Shown: positions 9,586 to 20,580, numbered from the stretch's first letter. The stretch: 52,780 nt of DNA from Gammaproteobacteria bacterium (GCA_030425845.1 JAUHZG010000001.1:1-52780); one strand, 5' to 3'. Made by a program: numbers and translations. The notes: generated by a model not told the origin, from the sequence alone.

Positions 9586-10203
9586 CTAACCGACCATTGA
9601 AGTCAATAACTCGCGATACTTCACTCGTTGCTTGCCCATCTTAAGCCGTTGAGCCCTAACAATCGCTTGTAAATCTGCCAACGCAGTCGAGAACTCATCA
9701 TTGATCACCACATAATCGTACTCAGCAAAATGAGACATTTCATCACGCGCTTGTGCCATACGTGAATCAATCACATCCGCGCTGTCTTGAGCCCGACGAT
9801 TAAGACGCATCTTAAGCGCGTCTAATGAAGGGGGCAAAATGAAAATGTCGACCGAATCTTTGACACGCTGTTGGATCTTCTCAGCGCCTTGCCAGTCGAT
9901 TTCTAAAATCACATCCATCCCCTGATCGAGCTGTTGTGACACCCATTCTGAAGAGGTTCCATAGCTGTTTTCAAACACCGTGGCATGCTCTAAAAATTTA
10001 TCCTGCGCAACACACTCCGCAAATGCCGCTTCATCCACAAAGTGGTAATCCACCCCATCCACTTCACCGGGTCGCATCGGCCGCGTAGTATGAGAAATAG
10101 AGACAGTAATGTCATTGAGTGAATGCGTTAAGGCATGAACGAGTGAAGTTTTGCCTGCACCTGAGGGGGCAGAAATAATGAATAGGGTTCCTTTCGCTGA
10201 CAT
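9586..10203 (-). CDS. gmk: Guanylate kinase
   Basis: P-loop SAPSGAGKTS and the TTRPMRPGEVDGVDYHF motif. The ATG at 10203 has a GGAGA RBS and is preferred over the TTG at 10215. Confidence 0.9.
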   Translation of the reverse strand: MSAKGTLFIISAPSGAGKTSLVHALTHSLNDITVSISHTTRPMRPGEVDGVDYHFVDEAAFAECVAQDKFLEHATVFENSYGTSSEWVSQQLDQGMDVILEIDWQGAEKIQQRVKDSVDIFILPPSLDALKMRLNRRAQDSADVIDSRMAQARDEMSHFAEYDYVVINDEFSTALADLQAIVRAQRLKMGKQRVKYRELLTSMVG

Positions 10204-10309
10204 AGTACTCTCCAATTACAACCATCGCCAGTATAGCGAATCGAAGAGTAGAGTGCGATGCCCGGTAAAAGCTAACGGCTTAAGTTAACGTATTGAGCAA
10301 AATGAAGTT

Positions 10310-11173
10310 TTACTGAATATTCTGCACTTGTTCGCGCATTTGCTCAATCAGTACCTTAAGCTCGACCACGATGGCCGTCACTTCTGCGTCTACCGATTTC
10401 GATCCTAGGGTATTCGCTTCTCGATTGAGCTCTTGCATCAGAAAATCTAGCCGGCGTCCTACCACGCCTCCTTCACTCAATGACTTTTTCACTGCGCTCA
10501 CATGCATGAGTAGTCTGTCGAGCTCTTCGGCAATATCACTTTTAGACGCCATGATAGCAACTTCTTGTGCCAAACGCTCAGGCTCTACGCTTTCGGTAAG
10601 CTCGAGTATTTTCTCTTTGAGTTTAGTCTGGTAATCACTCACCAGGCTGGGGGCCTTGGCGCTGACCGTCGCTTGGTGATCTTCTATCTTCTCTACGCGC
10701 TGTAAAATTGCCTGACGTAACTTTTCACCTTCCGCCTCGCGGACTTGCACAAGCTCATCTACGCCTTCTTTAAAGAGCGCTTGAATGATCAGCTCTTTCT
10801 CACTGGCCTGATCTGATTCACCAATCACGCCAGGCCACTGCAATAGGGCAAGAGGATCCAATGGGGCGGGCGCATCAACTTTATCACGGATAGTCTTATC
10901 GGCTTGGATCAGCTCATCCACCAGGTGGGTGTTAAGTGCTATCTTCGCCTCAGTGCCAGCAGTAGCATCATGGCGCAAGGTCGCATCCACCTTACCTCGA
11001 ACTAAGCTCCCTTTGAGCAACTCACGAAGAGCATTTTCGCTGCTACGACAAGACTCCGGGAGGCGCAAGTTAAGATCCAGATATCGAGAATTGACACTTC
11101 TAAGCTCACAGGTAAAAACACCTAAAGGAGTGCTAACGCTCCTACGAGCAAATCCTGTCATGCTTTCTATCAT
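10310..11173 (-). CDS. yicC: YicC-family stress-induced protein
   Basis: 287 aa. MIESMTGFAR N-terminus and C-terminal LDFLMQELNREANTLGSKS motif typical of YicC. Confidence 0.85.
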   Translation of the reverse strand: MIESMTGFARRSVSTPLGVFTCELRSVNSRYLDLNLRLPESCRSSENALRELLKGSLVRGKVDATLRHDATAGTEAKIALNTHLVDELIQADKTIRDKVDAPAPLDPLALLQWPGVIGESDQASEKELIIQALFKEGVDELVQVREAEGEKLRQAILQRVEKIEDHQATVSAKAPSLVSDYQTKLKEKILELTESVEPERLAQEVAIMASKSDIAEELDRLLMHVSAVKKSLSEGGVVGRRLDFLMQELNREANTLGSKSVDAEVTAIVVELKVLIEQMREQVQNIQ

Positions 11174-11263
11174 GGGTACCTCAAACTAACATTAATAAGG
11201 AGTAGATACTGTGGCAAAGATTGCTATATAATCCATCCGCCCGCTACTTATGGAGACATCATA

Positions 11264-11932
11264 ATGCATTGGCCGCTAATTCGAAATTTTTTTATTGCCT
11301 TTATTGCGGTATTGAACCCTATCGGGAACCTGCCTGTTTTTATTAGCTACACCCAGGATGAAACGCCTGCGGTTCGGCATGTGATGGCTTGCCTTATCTC
11401 TGTCACAATTTTCTTATTATTTATCATCTTCTTATTTCTGGGACAGACCATCCTACATGCCTTTGGTATTAGCTTGCCGGCGTTTCGTATCGCTGGTGGT
11501 ATATTGTTACTTCTCATAGGGATCTCCATGATCAAAGGGATCACAGCGAACCATGCAATAGCCAAGCGCCTTGAGCCACATGGTAGTATCTTTCGCCAGG
11601 CAGCGAGCCAGCTTAATCACGTGCTTATCCCTGTAGCAGTACCTATTTTTGTGGGGCCAGGCTCCATTTGTACCGTGATTATCTATTCACATCTCGCCCA
11701 TACGCTATCACAGCGTCTTGCGTTAGCGGGTGTTATATTAATCGCCAGTCTGATTTCATTGGGCTGTTTGTTACTCGCCACCAAAATCAAAAAAATCATA
11801 GGTCACAATGGGTTGCAAATCACCACCTGTCTTTTAGGGTTGATCTTATCGTCTATTGCAATCCAACTTATTTTAGTTGGACTTGGTGACGCGACATACC
11901 ACCTTATCAATTTATCGGCTATCGCGGCGTGA
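11264..11932 (+). CDS. MarC/UPF0056-family integral membrane protein
   Basis: 222 aa, about 6 TM segments, N-terminal LNPIGNLPVF motif characteristic of the MarC family. Confidence 0.75.
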   Translation: MHWPLIRNFFIAFIAVLNPIGNLPVFISYTQDETPAVRHVMACLISVTIFLLFIIFLFLGQTILHAFGISLPAFRIAGGILLLLIGISMIKGITANHAIAKRLEPHGSIFRQAASQLNHVLIPVAVPIFVGPGSICTVIIYSHLAHTLSQRLALAGVILIASLISLGCLLLATKIKKIIGHNGLQITTCLLGLILSSIAIQLILVGLGDATYHLINLSAIAA

Positions 11933-12029
11933 AACGCTTAACATAAATCACACTGCTAAAGAGAGAAATTGTCAGTGATCTGCTTTTGGTGTAGAGTCAT
12001 CATGATACAAACAAACTCTAAGGAACATC

Positions 12030-12746
12030 ATGAGGCCTAGTCAACGTCAACCCAACCAATTACGTGACATCCAATTCACCCGCCATTACACCAAACATGC
12101 CGAAGGCTCCGTGCTCGTTGAGTTTGGTGACACTAAAGTGTTATGCACTGCTTCAGTAGTTAATAACGTACCTAACTTTTTACGGGGCAAAGATCAGGGT
12201 TGGCTGACAGCCGAATACGGCATGCTACCTAGAGCTACGCACGAACGTACAAACCGAGAAGCCGCACGTGGTAAACAAACAGGGCGTACCGTTGAGATCC
12301 AACGTTTAATTGGTCGCGCCTTACGTGCCGCTGTTGATCTTAAGGCACTGGGTGAAAATACCATCCACTTAGATTGTGATGTACTGCAAGCTGATGGTGG
12401 GACCCGCACGGCTTCTATCACGGGTGCCTGTGTTGCGCTTTATGATGCTATCGAAGTTCTCAAGCAGAAAAAACAACTCAAGAACGATCCTTTCGTGCAG
12501 TTTGTCGCGGCGATTAGCGTCGGGATCTACAAAGATGTGTCAGTGCTAGACTTGGATTATGCCGAAGACTCCAAAGCTGAAACAGACATGAATCTTATCA
12601 TGACTGATAAGCAAGAATTCATTGAGATCCAAGGTACCGCTGAAGGCAAAGCCTTTTCTGAAGACGAACTGAGTGCGTTGTTAGCTTTAGGTAAAGCGGG
12701 CATCAACGATCTGATCAGTCATCAAAAACAAGCCTTAGGGTTGTAG
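12030..12746 (+). CDS. rph: Ribonuclease PH
   Basis: 238 aa. [31 protein letters not shown] and [19 protein letters not shown] are canonical RNase PH motifs. Confidence 0.95.
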   Translation: MRPSQRQPNQLRDIQFTRHYTKHAEGSVLVEFGDTKVLCTASVVNNVPNFLRGKDQGWLTAEYGMLPRATHERTNREAARGKQTGRTVEIQRLIGRALRAAVDLKALGENTIHLDCDVLQADGGTRTASITGACVALYDAIEVLKQKKQLKNDPFVQFVAAISVGIYKDVSVLDLDYAEDSKAETDMNLIMTDKQEFIEIQGTAEGKAFSEDELSALLALGKAGINDLISHQKQALGL

Positions 12747-12819
12747 TTACTCTACCACTCTCTTGCCTGAACGCTCGATTAACTAGCAATTTTGGCAAGA
12801 AGTAAAGCTACAGAAGAAA

Positions 12820-14112
12820 CTACGAAACTAAGAATAAAGATCCATCACGCTCGCGCGCAAGTAACGTTTCAATGTCAGCTTCTAACTCTAACGCCGAGCT
12901 TGCACGGATCATAACTCGGCAGGCAATCGATTCAAGTCGGTTATACGCAATGTAAAACTGTGGTGAAATTTTCGTTTTATTGCGAAAATGCATCAATGTT
13001 ACTTCCGACTGTAATCCTTGCAAATTCACAGAGGTCGGATTGTCAACTGTATAATTATACAGATCGAGCAAAAGACAATGTGGTTCACTCGCATGAGCGA
13101 CGGGGAACCGATGCTCTGGCATCTTCGCTTGCATACTATCAAGATAGAATGCATAAGGACTGATACCATAATAAAGTGCATACAGCTCAACATTACCACT
13201 ACCCGCGACTCTATTGTTAGACTCAACTAATAGAACCTCCTGTGCGCCATCCCAAAATACCTCATTATGAGTATGCCCTTGACGAACATGAAGCGCATCA
13301 AGACATTCGACGGTATAGTCTATTAGCACACTCAATTCTGGATATGCCTCAAGATCAAGCGGCTGATTTTTGCGTCGAATTGAGTATTTATCATCAACTT
13401 TTTCGAACACATATTCGATTATTCCAACGCAGGTATGCGTACCATTCACTGTCACAAAGTCTAAAGCAAATTCACGAAAACGCTCGTGCGGAATGTACTG
13501 CTGAATTAAGAACTTATCGTTAATACTATTTTGGAAGTAGGCATTTTCTTTGCCTTGTCTTTCTCGAAAATATTGCAAAAGCTCTTGGGGCGAGTGAACG
13601 ATCTTAACATCAGCCATTGCCGCCGTATCTTGCGAGGGTTTGATCACACAAGGAAAGCCAATATGATCTGCCGCATTTAACTTTGTCTCCAATGGATCCG
13701 ACAGTAACACCTGCTCACCTCGTATCGAAGCAATGTTAGAGCATTTTAAAGCTTCATTAACTTTAAACTTGTTGAGACGGATTAGGGAATAGTCAAGCTC
13801 TACACTTGGATCAACGTGTTTTTTTATTAATGCATCAGCCTGATAGCGTCCTGAATCGATGCCATTAATCACTCCAATCACATTGAAGCCATTAGCTTCT
13901 ATCAAACTGTTCAGCTCATTGATTGCTAGCTGTTCATCAGGTTCAGCTTGATAATACAGATCGCTATGACGCAGAACAAATTCAATATCTAAATGTGCCA
14001 CCTCGTACGTCCTAATCAAAGAGATCACATTCAACTCTCTTCGTTTTATTTCTCTGATCAAGCACTGACTAGACATTTGAGGATGTATTAATATAATTGC
14101 ATTATTTTTCAT
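12820..14112 (-). CDS. ATP-grasp-fold carboxylate-amine ligase (L-amino-acid-ligase-like), substrate unknown
   Basis: FPCVIKPSQD (ATP-binding Lys), LIQQYIP, and LLVESNNRVAGSG (E-x-N Mg site) fit the ATP-grasp fold. The ATG at 14112 has a GAGGAG RBS and overlaps the upstream MFS gene stop by 11 nt. The GTG at 14130 is less likely. Confidence 0.7.
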   Translation of the reverse strand: MKNNAIILIHPQMSSQCLIREIKRRELNVISLIRTYEVAHLDIEFVLRHSDLYYQAEPDEQLAINELNSLIEANGFNVIGVINGIDSGRYQADALIKKHVDPSVELDYSLIRLNKFKVNEALKCSNIASIRGEQVLLSDPLETKLNAADHIGFPCVIKPSQDTAAMADVKIVHSPQELLQYFRERQGKENAYFQNSINDKFLIQQYIPHERFREFALDFVTVNGTHTCVGIIEYVFEKVDDKYSIRRKNQPLDLEAYPELSVLIDYTVECLDALHVRQGHTHNEVFWDGAQEVLLVESNNRVAGSGNVELYALYYGISPYAFYLDSMQAKMPEHRFPVAHASEPHCLLLDLYNYTVDNPTSVNLQGLQSEVTLMHFRNKTKISPQFYIAYNRLESIACRVMIRASSALELEADIETLLARERDGSLFLVS

Positions 14113-15286
14113 AAGACAAGGACTCCTCACTATCTGAAAAAATAAAATAAATGCTCAAGCCTGACAAGAAAAGTGCTGAAGCCAAGTAAAACATCTTCGA
14201 AAACCCGTGATGTATAGATAAAATTCCAACATAGGTTGCCATTGATTCCGTCGCTCCCCAAAAAAGAGACATGATAGCAAAAGCACTAGCAGACTGTATC
14301 GCACTCTCCCTTGCCAGGCTTAAGACACTTGCTTGATAAACCGGAATAATCACACATTCTGAAATTGCAATCACTAGCACACAGAGATTCATTAATAAGT
14401 AAGAGTATGAACTTGAAAAAATTAATACCACAGATAAAGCTAAGATAAGGTTACCTGCCGACATCACGTGTGCTCTTTTCAACTTATCGATGAAGCTTTT
14501 CTTGATTGGAAGTTGAAGAATTGAAATTAACAGGCAAGCTGCACCATAATAAATACCAATTTTAACTGGGCTATAGATGGTATGCAGTAGCATTGGGAAT
14601 AAATCATAAAAGCACGCATAACCAATCATAGAGAGTGACGTAACCGCAATAAATCGTAAAACATTCAAAGAAGCACGCTTACCTTGCGAAGGTGTCTCTG
14701 CTTTGTTTTGTCTTTTGTCCACAGTACAATCTCTAAAAAAGAAGGCACTAATCGCAGCCAAAAGACAAATACAACAGGCCACTAGAGGGAGATACTGTGG
14801 CTTATTATGAAACACCCAACCGCCTACTACAGGTCCGACTCCAGATGCTAAATTAAAGGCAATATTCAGATAAGAAAAAATCTTACTTAAGTTTTCTTCT
14901 GAGTAATTATTTGCGGCACTGATAATGAGCGTATTTGCAAGTGAAATAATACTAGCGATGACTCCTAATAAGAATGCCCAGATCATCGGATTATGAGAAT
15001 GCTCCCTCATCAAATAATAGAGCAGAGCAAAGAATAAAGACGCGGTTAACTGTAAGAAGAAGAGGGTATACTTCTTACCTTGTAGCCACTGCAATAAAGG
15101 GATACTAAGCACCGACCCAGAACGATATAAAAAGACAAAAGTGCCCGCAAAAAAGGCACTCAATGAGGGCGAAAATGACAATATTTTCAATAGCCACAGA
15201 GCTAAGAAACTATAGAAAGTGACTCGAGAAAAGTTGCTAATAAATCTAAGCCAAGATAACTGAAGCGTGGCACTTTTGTGTAGCAT
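14102..15286 (-). CDS. MFS-type transporter (about 12 TM)
   Basis: 394 aa, uniformly hydrophobic with a central charged loop (DKRQNKAETPSQGKR) separating two 6-TM halves. Confidence 0.7.
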   Translation of the reverse strand: MLHKSATLQLSWLRFISNFSRVTFYSFLALWLLKILSFSPSLSAFFAGTFVFLYRSGSVLSIPLLQWLQGKKYTLFFLQLTASLFFALLYYLMREHSHNPMIWAFLLGVIASIISLANTLIISAANNYSEENLSKIFSYLNIAFNLASGVGPVVGGWVFHNKPQYLPLVACCICLLAAISAFFFRDCTVDKRQNKAETPSQGKRASLNVLRFIAVTSLSMIGYACFYDLFPMLLHTIYSPVKIGIYYGAACLLISILQLPIKKSFIDKLKRAHVMSAGNLILALSVVLIFSSSYSYLLMNLCVLVIAISECVIIPVYQASVLSLARESAIQSASAFAIMSLFWGATESMATYVGILSIHHGFSKMFYLASALFLSGLSIYFIFSDSEESLSYEK

Positions 15287-15394
15287 AATATAAAACCTAG
15301 CGTTACCATCTGATCAAAAGCTGGCCGAGTATAAATCTTTTTGCCACAAAAGAATACCTCTTTATTTTATAATAAAAAGAATTGGCATCCCCTC

Positions 15395-16795
15395 TTATGA
15401 GATCACGCTTGACTCGACTTTTCTGAAGAACACATAACAAAGCCCCGCCAACATCCCTAAAATAGCGATGAATAAAAACTCATTATCATAGCGTGATGCT
15501 AAGATTGCGCGCTGATCTAGCGCATGTACCGAACCTGCCGATATCAAGGAAGAAATCGCCGCCGCGGTATACCCCCCGATAGAGACAGAAAGATACCAAC
15601 CACCAAACGCGGTACTTTTTAAATGTGAGGGGACATACTTACTCAATGCGGCTAATATCGCGGGTGTGAATGCTATTTCTCCGCTACCAATAAAGAAATA
15701 AAACAGCACCAAGTAAATCAGCGCATAAGGTGTCTGATAGTAACGAGCCGAAAGGTGTAAAAAATAAAAACTGATAGCGGCTAATATCACGCCTATGGCT
15801 GTTTTCATAATGGCATGAAATGAGTAACCCTCCAGTTTCTTCCAAATGATGATAAAAACAGGAGACATCATTATCACAAACAGCGGATCTAGCGACGTGA
15901 AAGCCTCAACCGGTACATTCACCCCTAGTACTTTCCTTGATAGCACACTATGAATAAACAAGGTTACCGAGCCAGTAACCTGCAAACTCAATGAAAAGAA
16001 CAACACACAACCAAGCAGTAAAATAACAATATAGAAAAGCTTCCGATTGTTCTCTCGTGTCCCTTTGCTCACTGCTCGTATTAAGCCCACAGCAAGAGCA
16101 ACTAAGACAACTACTAAAAACTCAACCGTTACCTTAGCATGGGTGAAACACAAGATGATGAAGAGCCCCAGTGCAACAAAGACAAACGCACCTAACAGTT
16201 TACGTGGCAGTGTAAATATACACTTGCCCTCTTCGGGCATCAAAGCTAGCACTCTGACTAAACCACTTAGAAAAATCGCGACGGCTACTGAGCAAAAGAT
16301 GAAAGTCGTATGGAGTGTAAGATACTGACTGACTACGCCCAGCACAAGTGGCCCAAGTACCGCCCCCGCATTCATTGAGATGTAATAATAGCTTAAGATT
16401 TTTTCGTTAAGTGCTAGATTGTCACTGTTATACTGTGAGACTTTGGCCGCTGAGCTTACCTTATAAAGTGATGTCCCAATGATCACTAACGTCAAACCAA
16501 AATAGAATAAAGCGATCGTATGATTGCCTACCAGAAAATATCCCACGACTAAGAATAACAAACCCAACTTGATTGAAGACTTTGTGCCAATAAGCTTATC
16601 GGTAACAACCCCACCGATAATTATCCCTGCATAAGATAACGTAATAAAAGTACCAAAGATGGCCAGCGCGGCTTTGGTTTCCATTCCATAGTAGGACTTC
16701 AGTTGCAGCACCAACATAGACAAAATGCCGTAAAAACAAAAACGCTCGACGAACTCACCTGCACATAATGCGACGATGATTTTCTTGTTTTTCAT
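15395..16795 (-). CDS. POT/PTR2-family proton-dependent oligopeptide transporter
   Basis: N-terminal GEFVERFCFYGI matches the POT signature ExxERFxYYG. 466 aa, multi-TM. The start lies only 14 nt after the glmS stop. Confidence 0.8.
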   Translation of the reverse strand: MKNKKIIVALCAGEFVERFCFYGILSMLVLQLKSYYGMETKAALAIFGTFITLSYAGIIIGGVVTDKLIGTKSSIKLGLLFLVVGYFLVGNHTIALFYFGLTLVIIGTSLYKVSSAAKVSQYNSDNLALNEKILSYYYISMNAGAVLGPLVLGVVSQYLTLHTTFIFCSVAVAIFLSGLVRVLALMPEEGKCIFTLPRKLLGAFVFVALGLFIILCFTHAKVTVEFLVVVLVALAVGLIRAVSKGTRENNRKLFYIVILLLGCVLFFSLSLQVTGSVTLFIHSVLSRKVLGVNVPVEAFTSLDPLFVIMMSPVFIIIWKKLEGYSFHAIMKTAIGVILAAISFYFLHLSARYYQTPYALIYLVLFYFFIGSGEIAFTPAILAALSKYVPSHLKSTAFGGWYLSVSIGGYTAAAISSLISAGSVHALDQRAILASRYDNEFLFIAILGMLAGLCYVFFRKVESSVIS

Positions 16796-16809
16796 GGGTC
16801 TCTTCTCAG

Positions 16810-18627
16810 CTATTCAACGGTCACTGATTTTGCCAGATTCCGTGGTTGATCAACATCCGTGCCTTTGATGAGGGCAACATGATATGAGAGTAACTGCAAA
16901 GGAATTGTATAGACTATCGGCATGATATAGCGTGAAACTGTTGGCATGCGGCTCACCTGAATATTCTTTTGCGTCTGCAAAGTGATTTCTTCATTGGCAA
17001 AAACAACCAGCTTACCACCTCTAGCTTGCACTTCTTGCATATTTGCCTGTAATTTTTCGAGCAATTCATCGTTCGGAGCGACAACAACGACAGGCATCTC
17101 TTCATCAACCAAAGCAAGAGGACCATGTTTCAATTCACCCGCGGGATATGCTTCGGCATGGATATAAGAGATCTCTTTGAGTTTAAGAGAACCTTCCATC
17201 GCAATAGGGAACATCACTCCTCGCCCTAAGAACAGCGTATGATTTTTATCGGCAAAGTCATTCGCAAGCTCTTTGATGAAATCATTTTGCTTGAGGGCTA
17301 ATTCAATTTGTGCAGGTAGCGTTTTAAGCGCAGAGGTGATCTCTTTATTGATTGCGTCTTCACTCAGTATGGCGGTCAATAGTAGCAATGAGACTAGCTG
17401 TGTAGTAAAGGCTTTGGTCGAAGCAACGCCAACCTCAGGGCCAGCATGCATCATTAAACAAAAGTCAGACTCTCGCACCAGTGAACTCTCTGGTACATTA
17501 CAAATCGCTAATGTCGCTAAGTAATTCTGCTCTTTCGCCTGGCGTAGTGCTGCTAAAGTATCAGCGGTCTCACCCGACTGAGACAACGTAATAAATAAGG
17601 TATCCTCTTCGACAACGTGCTGACGATAGCGAAATTCACTTGCTATCTCCACTTGGCAAGGTAACTTGGCATTGGCTTCAATCCAATAGCGCGCCACCAT
17701 CGCCGCATGATAACTTGTACCGCATGCAACGATTTGAACACGTTTAGCCTTATCAAACAGAGCGTCACTGCCCACACCAAAGATCTCAGGTAATACCTTC
17801 TCTTCACCTAACCGTCCTTCTAGTGTATTGCTCACCGCACTGCTTTGCTCATAAATTTCTTTGAGCATGTAGTGGCGATACTTGCCACGCCCTGAACTCG
17901 CATAATCGAGATTAATCTCTCGTGAGGGGCGAGTGACTTCGACGCCTGACGCATCATAAATAGTTAAGTTACCTGACTCAAGGTACGCGATATCACCATC
18001 TTCTAGATAAATAAAGTTCTGTGCGACAGGCAACAAGGCAAGATAGTCTGATGCAACGAAGTTTTCATCTATCCCTAACCCAATGACAAGCGGGCTACCT
18101 TTACGAACTGCAATTAAAGAATCAGGCTTATCTTTAATAAGAATAGCCAAGGCGTAGGCTCCCTTTAGCTGCTCTAGAGTTTGGCTAGCCGCTTTAATGC
18201 CCTCGCCGCAAGCTTGATAATTTTGGTGGAATAAATGAGCGACGACTTCCGTATCAGTCTCAGAATGAAAAGTATAGCCTGCTGCTTGTAACTGCACTTT
18301 TAACTCAGAATAATTTTCAATGATGCCATTGTGAACGATAGCAATATTGTCATGTGATAGATGGGGATGGGCGTTTTTCGTAGAGGGCTCACCATGTGTG
18401 GCCCAACGAGTATGAGCAATTCCTGTGTAACCAAGCGTCGGGGTTTCATCTTGTGCTTTGGCAAGCTCGGCGACTTTACCCTTGGTTCTAAGGCAACCTA
18501 TCTCTCCCTGTCCATCGATAACAGCGACACCCGCCGAGTCATAACCACGGTATTCGAGGCGTTTTAAGCCTTTGAGTAATATTTTTACCACATCCCGTTT
18601 AGCGACAGCGCCGACGATTCCACACAT
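16810..18627 (-). CDS. glmS: Glutamine--fructose-6-phosphate aminotransferase
   Basis: 605 aa. MCGIVGAV N-terminal nucleophile, two SIS domains, C-terminal PRNLAKSVTVE. Confidence 0.95.
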   Translation of the reverse strand: MCGIVGAVAKRDVVKILLKGLKRLEYRGYDSAGVAVIDGQGEIGCLRTKGKVAELAKAQDETPTLGYTGIAHTRWATHGEPSTKNAHPHLSHDNIAIVHNGIIENYSELKVQLQAAGYTFHSETDTEVVAHLFHQNYQACGEGIKAASQTLEQLKGAYALAILIKDKPDSLIAVRKGSPLVIGLGIDENFVASDYLALLPVAQNFIYLEDGDIAYLESGNLTIYDASGVEVTRPSREINLDYASSGRGKYRHYMLKEIYEQSSAVSNTLEGRLGEEKVLPEIFGVGSDALFDKAKRVQIVACGTSYHAAMVARYWIEANAKLPCQVEIASEFRYRQHVVEEDTLFITLSQSGETADTLAALRQAKEQNYLATLAICNVPESSLVRESDFCLMMHAGPEVGVASTKAFTTQLVSLLLLTAILSEDAINKEITSALKTLPAQIELALKQNDFIKELANDFADKNHTLFLGRGVMFPIAMEGSLKLKEISYIHAEAYPAGELKHGPLALVDEEMPVVVVAPNDELLEKLQANMQEVQARGGKLVVFANEEITLQTQKNIQVSRMPTVSRYIMPIVYTIPLQLLSYHVALIKGTDVDQPRNLAKSVTVE

Positions 18628-18702
18628 ACTGTTATCCTAGTTGTTTTCACTTATGGTCGATGTTATTTTAACCTTATTATTATGACACAGTTAGGAACAA
18701 CA

Positions 18703-20073
18703 ATGAAATTAGACGTTGTTATTTTGGCCGCGGGTTGTGGCACGCGTATGCACTCGAACACCCCCAAAGTGTTACATCAATTAGCCGGTAAACCTCTTCT
18801 CGCTCATGTGATCGAAACCGCACATTCTCTGGATCCTAATCAGGTCCATGTTGTTTATGGACATCAAGGCGAACGCGTAAAACACACCCTCTCTTCCATG
18901 GAAGTTAACTGGATAGAACAAAAAGAACAACTCGGTACTGGACACGCCGTCTTACAAGCGTTGCCTTTCATCGATAAAGACTCACAAGTGCTCGTACTCT
19001 ACGGGGATGTCCCCCTTATCACCAAACCTCTGCTGCTTAAGTTATTAGACAGCACCTCTCTCGAGGGTGTTGGTATCATTAGCGTAATGGTAACCGATCC
19101 AACAGGGTTAGGGCGGATCATCCGTGATAACAGTGGGAACTTGTCCGCTATTGTTGAGCATAAAGACGCCACCGATGCGGAACTCTTAATCCATGAGATT
19201 AACTCAGGGATCCTCACGGCGAGTGCTAAGTCACTTCATGACTGGCTACCTAAGCTCAAGAATAACAACTCCCAGAGTGAATTTTACCTTACCGATCTCA
19301 TCACGCTTGCTGCAAGTGAAAAGCATTCCGTCATCGCGGTGCTTAGTGAGACTGAAGAGGAGGTGAAGGGAGTCAACAATCGTGTACAACTCATGCAACT
19401 TGAGCGTTTTCATCAACGTAAACTCGCCCATGCGTTATTAACGCAAGGCGTCTGCGTATACGATCCCGATCGATTTGACTGTCGAGGGAACCTTCAAGCA
19501 GGTAGAGATACCGAAATCGATATTAACGTACTCATTGAAGGAGAGGTAGTATTGGGATCTAATTGCTATATCGGCCCTAATGTCATTTTACGAAATACGA
19601 CTATCGCCGATAACGTCACTATTCGTGCCAATAGTATTCTCGAAGACAGTCAAGTTGATGAAGGTGCCGTCATCGGACCATTCGCTAGATTGCGCCCAGA
19701 AACCAAAGTAGCCAAAAATGGTAAGATCGGTAACTTTGTCGAAATCAAAAAAGCTCATATTGGTGAAAACAGTAAAGTGAACCATTTAAGTTATGTCGGC
19801 GATGCCACGGTTGGAACAAACGTTAATATAGGTGCTGGCACCATCACTTGTAACTACGACGGAGTCAATAAACACCAAACTATTATCGAAGATGGTGCGT
19901 TTATTGGTTCAGGAACACAACTAGTCGCACCAGTCAAAGTCGCCATGCAAGCAACTATAGGCGCAGGTTCTGTGATAACAACCGATGCACCAGCCGAACA
20001 GCTGACTCTAACACGTGCTAAGCAAAGAACGATTAGCGCTTGGCAACGCCCAACCAAACAAAGTGAAAAGTAG
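18703..20073 (+). CDS. glmU: Bifunctional UDP-GlcNAc pyrophosphorylase / GlcN-1-P acetyltransferase
   Basis: MKLDVVILAAGCGTRM N-terminus and C-terminal left-handed beta-helix hexapeptide repeats. The ATG at 18703 (AGGAAC RBS) is preferred over the ATG at 18682. Confidence 0.9.
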   Translation: MKLDVVILAAGCGTRMHSNTPKVLHQLAGKPLLAHVIETAHSLDPNQVHVVYGHQGERVKHTLSSMEVNWIEQKEQLGTGHAVLQALPFIDKDSQVLVLYGDVPLITKPLLLKLLDSTSLEGVGIISVMVTDPTGLGRIIRDNSGNLSAIVEHKDATDAELLIHEINSGILTASAKSLHDWLPKLKNNNSQSEFYLTDLITLAASEKHSVIAVLSETEEEVKGVNNRVQLMQLERFHQRKLAHALLTQGVCVYDPDRFDCRGNLQAGRDTEIDINVLIEGEVVLGSNCYIGPNVILRNTTIADNVTIRANSILEDSQVDEGAVIGPFARLRPETKVAKNGKIGNFVEIKKAHIGENSKVNHLSYVGDATVGTNVNIGAGTITCNYDGVNKHQTIIEDGAFIGSGTQLVAPVKVAMQATIGAGSVITTDAPAEQLTLTRAKQRTISAWQRPTKQSEK

Positions 20074-20079
20074 ACTGTT

Positions 20080-20580
20080 ATGACATTGGTGCAACCTGTC
20101 TTTCTACTTCTAGGCTCTAACATTAATAAAGAGCACAATATGCAAAAAGCACTTACGCTAATTGCACAGCAGGTACCTATTCTCAAACAATCTCATGTTT
20201 ACTTAACTGACTTTGTTGGCGCAAATAACCAGCCACCATGCCTCAACCAAGCCGTTGAGATCCGCACAGCACTTAGTGTCGAGGCCTTGAAACAGTCTCT
20301 GATCATCCCTATTGAAACCGAGTGCGGTAGGATCAAAGATCCTAGTAACAAACACGCCCCCCGAACAATGGATATCGATATATGTTTGGTTGGTGATCAC
20401 GTTATCAATGAAGCAGGATTTTGTATTCCCGATCCCAATCTTGAGCGGTTTCGCTTTACACTAGAACCTATAACCGAGATAGCTCCCAATTTTATTCACC
20501 CAACCGTGAACCTACCTCTCAAAACTTTGCTAGCGCAATGTCCTGATAAAACGCCTGTGAAGCGATTACCCTCAAAGTAA
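20080..20580 (+). CDS. folK: 2-amino-4-hydroxy-6-hydroxymethyldihydropteridine diphosphokinase (HPPK)
   Basis: LLLGSNI..., CLNQAVEIRT, ECGRIKD...APRTMDIDI, IPDPNLERFRFTLEPITEIAP follow the HPPK pattern. Confidence 0.8.
   Translation: MTLVQPVFLLLGSNINKEHNMQKALTLIAQQVPILKQSHVYLTDFVGANNQPPCLNQAVEIRTALSVEALKQSLIIPIETECGRIKDPSNKHAPRTMDIDICLVGDHVINEAGFCIPDPNLERFRFTLEPITEIAPNFIHPTVNLPLKTLLAQCPDKTPVKRLPSK

Noticed and set aside
19854-20186. 110-aa minus-strand ORF across the glmU/folK junction
   Set aside because: It is antisense to two recognisable genes. It is Cys/Arg-rich nonsense-like sequence.
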